A DNA stretch of 58,823 bases from an uncultured Piscirickettsiaceae bacterium (GTDB taxonomy: Bacteria; Pseudomonadota; Gammaproteobacteria; GCF-002020875), in NCBI GenBank assembly GCA_964654355.1, contig CAZZIQ010000001.1, forward strand, positions 1-58,823, given 5' to 3'. Under the pieces are notes generated by a model. It worked only from the letters and a program-made list of their open reading frames with translations, was not told the DNA's origin and ran no database searches. The number at the start of each line of letters is the position of its first letter. Position 1 is the first letter of the stretch. Made by a program: the position numbers and the translations under genes. Below, one piece after another: positions 52,676 through 58,823 of this stretch.

Positions 52676-54139
52676 ATGAACTTTAGTAAAAAGATTTTTC
52701 TTGCATCAGCATTATCGCTGTCGTTCTTAGCTCATCCGGGTGTTGTGGCCGCAAAGTCTGTCAGTGGCATTACTGTTGAGATTCCGTTTTCTACCAAAGT
52801 GAAGCGTGCTGTTGGTGCAGAGGCAATTTCGCTGACAGCCAGTCGTCAGTATGAAAAAACAGGGGTTTTTTCCAGCGACCCGACTGATGAAGAGTTGAAA
52901 AAAATTAAGGCGCAGGTCGAGTCTTCTGCCAAAAAAGAACTTCTTAACAAGTATCTTGCGCGTATTCCTGCTTCAGATATCAAGCAGGCAGATCGATCCA
53001 GGCTCAACGCACAAGTGGATTCGCTTGTCTACGACGTGAGCGTGAGCCACCAGATTGACAGCAGCAATAAGACCATCAATTTTGAGGTGTCAGGGAAAAT
53101 TAATACCAATCTGATCGATGAGATTGGAGGCTATAAGCCATCTGAAGACGACATGAGAAAGGCGGAAGAGTCCGCACGTATGGCGGTTTTGGACAAGTAT
53201 ATTGCCAATCAAGATGAGTCGAAAATCGATCAGATCGAAAAAATGAAGTCAAAAGTCTATGAGCGTATTGATGAGGTCGTTACATCCTCAAGGATCACGA
53301 ACTACAAGGTAAATGCCGAGCGCAAGGTTATTGCCTTCTCCGTGAAGGGAAAGGTTAATGACAAGCTCTTCGACAAAATCCTTTATTCAGATATCGAAAA
53401 GGTATCCCGCTCGGAAAAAAGACCCTTCACATATGTGATTGTTGCTCGTGTTCAAGATGAAACAACGCGCTTCACGATGGATCCGAACGTAGAAAAAACC
53501 AATGAAACGGGCTCTGGTAGCACATCTGTCAAAGAAAATAAAACAGCAGATGACTACCAAGACAATGCTTCATCTGAGACATCAGTGAAGATGGAAAAGA
53601 ACAAATCTAAGTCCGTAGAAAGATCGAGTGGCGTCACGAAAAATGTCACCAAATTCAAAGATGTGACTTGGAAGCAATACAACAGTAAGTCTGTTGATGC
53701 GAATATCAAAAAAGTGCTTCGTGATGGTGGCTACAACCTGAAGGGTTTTGGTCGACTCCTTAGGAGATCTGGTGTCGATCTTGAGCTCGAAAAAATCGAA
53801 TCTGATTTGCTGACTGGGAAGATATCTCCAGAAGTCGAAGACGGTCTGTTCGATGTGATGGAAGGTAGTGGTACTGAGCTGTTCGCCAAAGGCACGATGG
53901 ATGTGGATAGCGTTCAGCCCGATGCAGCTACTGGTGGCTGGAAGGCGCGTGTTCAGGTTTTCATCGAGGTGCTCGGCTTCACCGACGATTGTGAAGCTTG
54001 TGTGCTGGGCGTGGTCGAGGATGCCTATTTTGGTATCGGTCCGTCAGAAGAAGCCGCGATTGACCAGGCTGTTGGTGATGCTGCTACAGAAGCAACCAAA
54101 AGCATCGTCGCGCAGCTTCGATCTGAGCAGATTCAGTAA
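52676..54139 (+). CDS. Island gene 3: secreted modular protein with an internal tandem ~80-aa duplication
   Basis: GAAGGA lies 6 nt upstream of the ATG at 52676. The tracked ATG at 52658 immediately follows the upstream stop. Signal peptide MNFSKKIFLASALSLSFLAHPGVVA|AKS. There are two homologous modules (aa 76-156 and 162-241, in track numbering), a K/S/T/N-rich linker, and a C-terminal alpha/beta module ending GIGPSEEAAIDQAVGDAATEATKSIVAQL. Confidence 0.8.
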   Translation: MNFSKKIFLASALSLSFLAHPGVVAAKSVSGITVEIPFSTKVKRAVGAEAISLTASRQYEKTGVFSSDPTDEELKKIKAQVESSAKKELLNKYLARIPASDIKQADRSRLNAQVDSLVYDVSVSHQIDSSNKTINFEVSGKINTNLIDEIGGYKPSEDDMRKAEESARMAVLDKYIANQDESKIDQIEKMKSKVYERIDEVVTSSRITNYKVNAERKVIAFSVKGKVNDKLFDKILYSDIEKVSRSEKRPFTYVIVARVQDETTRFTMDPNVEKTNETGSGSTSVKENKTADDYQDNASSETSVKMEKNKSKSVERSSGVTKNVTKFKDVTWKQYNSKSVDANIKKVLRDGGYNLKGFGRLLRRSGVDLELEKIESDLLTGKISPEVEDGLFDVMEGSGTELFAKGTMDVDSVQPDAATGGWKARVQVFIEVLGFTDDCEACVLGVVEDAYFGIGPSEEAAIDQAVGDAATEATKSIVAQLRSEQIQ

Positions 54140-54145
54140 ATTCTG

Positions 54146-55387
54146 ATGGGCTTCATGATGAACAAGAAAATCTTGGTCTTCCTGCTCGCTTTCATGGCGG
54201 GGCCAGCGCTCGCAGGTCCTGTCGATGAAGTGGGTGTAACGGCTTTCGGTGTTGCCTCAACCAAGCAGGACGCAATCAAGAAGGCGCTTGTGCAGGCTGT
54301 TGAGCAGGTAAATGGCGTAATTCTCGATTCTAAAGAGAAAACCTCTCTTGAATCTATTGCGGAACAAGCGTCTGCTTCTGCGGAGGTGTCTGCATCGACT
54401 ACGCGTGCAGATGGCTCTGCATCAAGCGCAAAATCAACTGCGCTTTCGAAGGCAAAATCTTCGTATGCAAAGAAAGAGAGTTCGCAGGACACCACCACAA
54501 AAACAAGTGGAGTCGTACGCTCTTGGCGTCTGCTAGGTCTTGAGAAGCAGTCAGATGGCCTGATTGAAGCGAGCGTCGAAGCCAAGATTGCTGTCCTGAA
54601 AAAGTCCAGTTCCAAGAGAACCAAGGTTGTTCTTCATATTGCTACTGACAATGAAAACTCCCCATTAATGAAGATTTTTTCGACTAAGCTCCAGGAGCTT
54701 TTCTCAAAGAGCAGAAAATTTGCCGTTCTAGATCGAGAAAATGATGAGCTTTTTGCGAGAGAGATCGATCGTGCGAATCAGGGTGGGTCTGTTCCACGTG
54801 GCGTGCTTTCTAAGGGCGGCAGTGATGCGCCAGATTTGATTGTCTCGATGAGCTATGAAGCGATTAATTCTGAGAATGGTGTGGAGTTTTCACCGAGGAT
54901 CAAAGTTCTTGATCTGGTGTCTCAAGAGTCGATCTATAACGGCTCGAAGCGGATTCGGATCAACTCCGATGATGCGGATCGTAGGGTTGCAGGGAAAATC
55001 AAATCTGCGGCGAAATCCATGCATAAAGAGTTGATTGAAAAAATCGCGCAACCGACTGTGCTTGGGTTTTCAGGAAATGCATTCACGGTGAGCCAAGGTT
55101 CTGATTTTTTTAGGGTTGGAGACCAAGTCCAGATCACTGCAGCGGTAGATGAGGTGAAAGATCCGTATACCGGCGAAAGATTGGATTATGTGTATGAAGA
55201 CCTTGCTCTAGGGAAGGTCCAATTCGTGAATACAAATATTTCAACAGTGTCTGTAGCTGAATCCGATATTGATCGAGTTTTTGATTATGCGGAGCAGGGA
55301 AAAAAAATTCTCGTCCGCTCAATCAAGAAAAAGATCGATACCAAAGACATGAAAAAACAAGCTGAGGACTTTTTGAATGATCTATAG
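54146..55387 (+). CDS. Island gene 4: secreted FlgT-like three-domain protein (LPP20-like N, CsgG/TolB-N-like middle, beta-rich C)
   Basis: Signal peptide KKILVFLLAFMAGPALA|GP. The N-domain is VTAFGVASTKQDAIKKALVQAVEQVNGVIL. The middle domain is KLQELFSKSRKFAVLDRENDELFAREIDRANQGG...DLIVSMSY. The C-domain is FTVSQGSDFFRVGDQVQI...LALGKVQFVNTNISTVSV. The start could be 54146, 54155 or 54158. Confidence 0.8.
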   Translation: MGFMMNKKILVFLLAFMAGPALAGPVDEVGVTAFGVASTKQDAIKKALVQAVEQVNGVILDSKEKTSLESIAEQASASAEVSASTTRADGSASSAKSTALSKAKSSYAKKESSQDTTTKTSGVVRSWRLLGLEKQSDGLIEASVEAKIAVLKKSSSKRTKVVLHIATDNENSPLMKIFSTKLQELFSKSRKFAVLDRENDELFAREIDRANQGGSVPRGVLSKGGSDAPDLIVSMSYEAINSENGVEFSPRIKVLDLVSQESIYNGSKRIRINSDDADRRVAGKIKSAAKSMHKELIEKIAQPTVLGFSGNAFTVSQGSDFFRVGDQVQITAAVDEVKDPYTGERLDYVYEDLALGKVQFVNTNISTVSVAESDIDRVFDYAEQGKKILVRSIKKKIDTKDMKKQAEDFLNDL

Positions 55388-55910
55388 TCGTGCTGCATCT
55401 CTACTTGTTGTTGGTTTGCTAGTGCAGGGCTGTACAGGCGGCTCGGTTGGTAATGTTCGGCTTGACCCTGTGTCGACTCAACTCGTTCAGAGTGTCGTTG
55501 TTGATAAGGCCAATCAATGCAAACTAGTCGCAGTTCTCTCTGTTAAAGAAGCGAACGATACCGGCTTGGCTGGAAAGTATGGATCTAGGATCCAGAATCG
55601 ATTTATTGATCAGGCGTCTCAAGTCCCGGGAAGAACCTACTCAATTTCTACGGAGTACAGAGCCATCCCTATCGAGCAGTTCATGCCGGGCGGTGACTTC
55701 GTTTCTGATCGGAAGATCATGTCTGACCTTCAGTCAAAAGGAATTGATTGTCTGCTTTCAGGGACGTTTTGGCTGAGTAATGGTGTATGTGAGACCACTC
55801 TTAAGCTCCATCGATTCCCATCGATGCAGCTGATTTCTAGCGAAACCAATGCATATACCAAAAGCTGGTACTCAAATCAGTCCGTTTCTCAGCAAGACTT
55901 CTGTAAGTAA
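55377..55910 (+). CDS. Island gene 5: small lipoprotein, TolB-N/LpoB/FlgO-like fold predicted
   Basis: 177 aa. Lipobox-like LLVQGC|TGG. The pattern KLVAVLSVKEANDTG...IQNRFIDQASQ...IMSDLQSKGIDCLLSGTFWL...TTLKLHRF is typical of that alpha/beta module. The start overlaps the end of gene 4 by 11 nt. Confidence 0.8.
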   Translation: MIYSRAASLLVVGLLVQGCTGGSVGNVRLDPVSTQLVQSVVVDKANQCKLVAVLSVKEANDTGLAGKYGSRIQNRFIDQASQVPGRTYSISTEYRAIPIEQFMPGGDFVSDRKIMSDLQSKGIDCLLSGTFWLSNGVCETTLKLHRFPSMQLISSETNAYTKSWYSNQSVSQQDFCK

Positions 55911-55930
55911 TCGTACGTCCTAGGATTTAA

Positions 55931-57358
55931 ATGATGTCTACTATGAAAAAAACCCTTATTTCAGTCTCAATTGCCGCAGCATGTTCATTTAGTGCGCAGG
56001 CATTCAATTTTGGTGATTTCGCAAAACAAATGGAACAGCAGATGGGCGGCAGTGCCCAGCAGCAAGACTCTGGCGCCAATTCAGGGGGATTCGGCGGTCT
56101 GTTCGGTGGCATGGGCGCCCCAGCGCAATCTTCCGGCGCGGCCTCTAGTCAAGATCCGATGGAATTCGCATGCCGTAGTGTTTATGGGCCGCCGATGAAA
56201 TTGGCAGATCTTGGCAAATCGAATGAAGAAGTTGTTGGGGAATATTTCAACCTGACTGCCAATCTTGATGAGGTGCTGATCATTGATGCCACCAAAAACT
56301 ATGAGGGGTCGTTTACAGGTCTTTCTGAAAAGCTGTTTGAGTCATTCGAGGAAAATGAGCCGCGTAAGATCGGCATGGAATACTTAAGAAAACCTGGCAT
56401 CGAGACGCTTGCCCAGATTATTCATCAATCAAAAACGGCAGATAGTTATGAAGAAGATGATGGATTTGGCTCAGTAAAGCCATCAACAAGATCCAATATG
56501 CGCGCTGTCCTTGGGTTAATCCTTTTGCAGTACAGAGATTCGGGCGTTCTGAAAAATCCTAATGCAGGAGTCGAACTGTTACAGAAGGAATCCAAGAAAG
56601 TCAAAATTGCTGGAACAATGATTGGTAGAGCTCATCTTTATGGTGACTTGTTGCAGAAAAATTATGACGCAGCTGGAAATTATCTCCTCCAGTCAGGCGG
56701 CAATGCGGCTTATACAAAATTGAATGACCAGACTCTGGCCTCCATTGCGAATGAAGCTTTTCCAGGATTTCCAGAGAGCGTGAAAAATCAGATTGTCTCT
56801 CTCAGCCAGCAGAGTGCGAGTATCCAGGCCGAGTTAGCCAAGCAAAAGAATGCCAAGTCTGGGTCTGACCTGGTTCAGCGCGCCAATGTTCTCATCGAAG
56901 AGGGGCAAAAAATTGATGACCTGACCTTAGATGCATTGGGCGCAGGATCAAAGATTGCAGATCGCCGTGCAAAAGCGAACTTTGCTAAAAATGAAATGTC
57001 CGGAGCGAACGATCTCCTCGATTTCAATTATCAACAGAGCAAAGAAAGCCAAAAGATTATTGAAGAGACGCTGAGCAGTAACGTCACCATGGATGACGAG
57101 GCCAAGAACAAGTTCGCAGAGGCGAACAAGCTCCGTGCCGAGAATTTGGGCAAACTCAATTCGCTCAAGTCACAAGTAGCCATTTCATTTTTCACAGACG
57201 GCTTAGGGGAAACGCTTAACGCTGGTCCAGTCATTAATCGCTATTTCCGCGACACCTGCCAAATGAGCAAGCGAATGAAGGACTATGCGGAAGAAGAAGC
57301 CATTCCAAAGAAGGAGATTAGTAAAGCGGCTATGGATGAAATGATGATGGATGACTAA
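55931..57358 (+). CDS. Island gene 6: secreted protein with a G/Q/S-rich disordered N-region and a helical body
   Basis: 475 aa. AGGA lies 5 nt upstream of the ATG. Signal peptide KKTLISVSIAAACSFSAQA|FN (IAAAC could alternatively be a lipobox). The low-complexity stretch is QQMGGSAQQQDSGANSGGFGGLFGGMGAPAQSSGAASSQ. The remainder is predicted helical or coiled-coil and ends in an acidic MDEMMMDD. Confidence 0.8.
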   Translation: MMSTMKKTLISVSIAAACSFSAQAFNFGDFAKQMEQQMGGSAQQQDSGANSGGFGGLFGGMGAPAQSSGAASSQDPMEFACRSVYGPPMKLADLGKSNEEVVGEYFNLTANLDEVLIIDATKNYEGSFTGLSEKLFESFEENEPRKIGMEYLRKPGIETLAQIIHQSKTADSYEEDDGFGSVKPSTRSNMRAVLGLILLQYRDSGVLKNPNAGVELLQKESKKVKIAGTMIGRAHLYGDLLQKNYDAAGNYLLQSGGNAAYTKLNDQTLASIANEAFPGFPESVKNQIVSLSQQSASIQAELAKQKNAKSGSDLVQRANVLIEEGQKIDDLTLDALGAGSKIADRRAKANFAKNEMSGANDLLDFNYQQSKESQKIIEETLSSNVTMDDEAKNKFAEANKLRAENLGKLNSLKSQVAISFFTDGLGETLNAGPVINRYFRDTCQMSKRMKDYAEEEAIPKKEISKAAMDEMMMDD

Positions 57359-57360
57359 GC

Positions 57361-58599
57361 GTGCTTTCTCGGCGTATTTTTTTACAAGGAGTGGCTGCGC
57401 TGCCGATAGCCTTATTGGCTGCGCAAAAGCGGGCGCTAGCGCAGATTGGGCCTGAATTTTATTGGTCTGGTGTTGGGTTCTCAGTCGCTGAAGCCAACAA
57501 AGCTAAATATTTTTCTCAGATCCTGGGTGGCCTCGAGTTGCGCGGAGGGATGTCTCAACTCGAGTCTGCATTCTCTTCCCAGCTTGCAAATGCATTCGGT
57601 GAAGAAAATGTACATCGAGATCCATTCGAAATGTTGGATCTGGATGAAATCCAAGGTAGTTTGCTTTTCTCAGTTGTTTTTGATTATGAGCAATTCTTGG
57701 AGATCCCGGATCTCGGTGCAAAAGGCGGTCAAGATCTCGTCAATTCAATGATTTTTGCTACGGCAACGATCTTTGTTGTGAGTGACGATGAGCTTCGCAT
57801 CAAATATAGCATTCCGTTTTACACCAAAGCCCAGCCGGTAAAGATGCCGTTGCCCGAAATTGCATCAACAATGCTTTTCGATGGATTTGATGAAGGTCAG
57901 TCAATCGTTGAATACATGGGTTCTAAGATCTCCGAGAAAAAATTCGAAGAGAGTGCCTGTTATACGCCTTTGCTGAGGGTTGTTAATTCCAGTATCCGAG
58001 ACAAAGCCTCAACCATCCTTCGTGAGGTAGGGATTGATGGTTGGGTCACGGATGAGTTTGTGGGGAGTGTGCTTTCCTCGAGCTTGGCTATGAAGGGCGG
58101 TTTATCGGTTCTCCCGCATAAGGCAAACAGCTCGATTGGCTTTAAAGGGCTGATTGGCCGATTCAAGAATCGTGAAGCCTCGGACCTTCTTAGAAGTTTG
58201 GATGAGCTTCAGCCAGACATTACCTTCGATATTGAGGTTCGAAAAATTGTCCGTAAGTTAAGTGGCTCAACTGCGACAAATCGTACCTATACACGCTTCG
58301 TCGTACTGAAAATCGTTGCTACGGAATCAATTGACGGAAAGGCTGTTTTCGACGGAAAGATTGGCTTTGGCGCGAATCATGAAGTTCCGATCTCAATGAT
58401 GAAGGATGGAAAGCTTCCTGCGCTGGACTCGAATCTCTATTTCCAAATCATCATCAGCCTGATTGACACCTTTGTTGAGGGGGTAATGAAGCTGGACTGG
58501 GAGCAGTTGGAATCCATCAATCTTAAAAAAGCTGCAAATGAATCACAGGTCGGCGCATTGGCAGACCTTCTTATCAAAGCAAGAGATATGTGCTCATAA
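57361..58599 (+). CDS. Island gene 7: Tat-signal periplasmic protein, unknown function
   Basis: 412 aa. The GTG start lies 2 nt after the gene 6 stop. The N-terminus MLSRRIFLQGVAALPIALLAAQKRALA|Q matches the twin-arginine consensus S/T-R-R-x-F-L-K. I see no Cys/His cofactor motifs. Confidence 0.75.
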   Translation: MLSRRIFLQGVAALPIALLAAQKRALAQIGPEFYWSGVGFSVAEANKAKYFSQILGGLELRGGMSQLESAFSSQLANAFGEENVHRDPFEMLDLDEIQGSLLFSVVFDYEQFLEIPDLGAKGGQDLVNSMIFATATIFVVSDDELRIKYSIPFYTKAQPVKMPLPEIASTMLFDGFDEGQSIVEYMGSKISEKKFEESACYTPLLRVVNSSIRDKASTILREVGIDGWVTDEFVGSVLSSSLAMKGGLSVLPHKANSSIGFKGLIGRFKNREASDLLRSLDELQPDITFDIEVRKIVRKLSGSTATNRTYTRFVVLKIVATESIDGKAVFDGKIGFGANHEVPISMMKDGKLPALDSNLYFQIIISLIDTFVEGVMKLDWEQLESINLKKAANESQVGALADLLIKARDMCS

Positions 58600-58649
58600 T
58601 AACTCTGGGCATTTTCGCGCAGAAACGTATTGAATGATTGGTGTGTATA

Positions 58650-58823
58650 TCAAGTTGGTTTCGGCTTAAGTACGAGTTTTCCCCGCATGCCACCAGCCTC
58701 GATGCGGCGATGTCCTTCGGCGGCTTGTTCGAGCGGATAGATTTTAGCCACTTCAATTTTGAGGCTGTCGGTTGCCATCAAGGCCGCACAGCGACGCAGG
58801 ATTTCGCCTTGATGCCTACGTGC
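58650..58823 (-). CDS. C-terminal fragment of a zinc-type alcohol dehydrogenase / quinone oxidoreductase (MDR family), truncated by the window edge
   Basis: The reverse-complement frame reads ...ATDSLKIEVAKIYPLEQAAEGHRRIEAGGMRGKLVLKPKPT*. The 'L...A.EAH..+E.G...GK+VL' ending is typical of MDR quinone oxidoreductases. It is absent from the ORF track because its start lies outside the window. Confidence 0.6.
   Translation of the reverse strand, partial: ARRHQGEILRRCAALMATDSLKIEVAKIYPLEQAAEGHRRIEAGGMRGKLVLKPKPT

Larger units (their letters stand above)
50479..58649 (+). other. AT-rich genomic island carrying a 7-gene operon of exported proteins (no mobility genes)
   Basis: Hand-counted GC of 60-nt lines: 50521-50580 = 33%, 53521-53580 = 38%, 55501-55560 = 40%, 57961-58020 = 45%. 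Flank lines: 49021-49080 = 55%, 50041-50100 = 52%, 58681-58740 = 67%. The seven genes are co-directional, with junctions ranging from a 42-nt gap to an 11-nt overlap. Confidence 0.8.

Noticed and set aside
54133-54624. 163-aa minus-strand ORF inside island gene 4.
   Set aside because: It mirrors the S/A/T-rich low-complexity insert of gene 4 and has no start context. The plus-strand frame is continuous with a signal peptide and recognisable domains.
50479-58649. The island as a prophage, integrative element, transposon or defence island.
   Set aside because: I found no integrase, transposase, phage structural, nuclease, helicase or ATPase genes, and no flanking tRNA or terminal repeats. All seven products carry export signals, which does not fit cytoplasmic defence systems.

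Overview
The window is 58.8 kb of a gammaproteobacterial-type chromosome. The gene order nadB / rpoE(algU)-rseABC(mucABC)-degP(mucD)-lepA-lepB-rnc-era-recO-pdxJ-acpS matches what I remember for Pseudomonas and E. coli. Positions 1-50,478 are GC-rich, densely packed housekeeping operons: a tRNA 3' end followed by rimP-nusA-infB-rbfA-truB-rpsO-pnp; surE-pcm-(YqaA-like)-nlpD; alaC-hom-thrC; recJ; prfB (classic +1 frameshift)-lysS; a TRAP transporter; ppsA/ppsR; ygfZ; sdhCDAB-sdhE; nadB; the sigma-E cluster; lepA through acpS; cysM; a PolB-like exonuclease; and rlmD. Positions ~50,480-58,650 are different. This ~8.1 kb block is visibly AT-richer (hand-counted 60-nt lines give 33-45% GC inside versus 52-67% in the flanks). 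It holds seven co-directional genes that abut or overlap, and every product begins with an export signal: Sec-type peptides, one lipobox-like sequence and one perfect twin-arginine motif. I could not recognise any enzyme, ATPase, permease, regulator or mobility gene in the block. By eye the proteins are built from repeated LPP20/FlgP-like helical modules and TolB-N/CsgG/LpoB/FlgO-like alpha/beta modules, and one has a FlgT-like three-domain layout, yet the window contains no flagellar, pilus or secretin genes. This block is my candidate for the undescribed system, possibly a horizontally acquired periplasmic or outer-membrane-associated structural assembly. All family assignments were made by eye from the translations and need profile and structure searches. 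Smaller observations: a sigma-E/AlgU-type promoter abutting the rpoE ATG, a Cys-rich insertion in ThrC, a ~110-aa membrane insertion in the TRAP DctM subunit, and palindromes in an AT-rich intergenic region.
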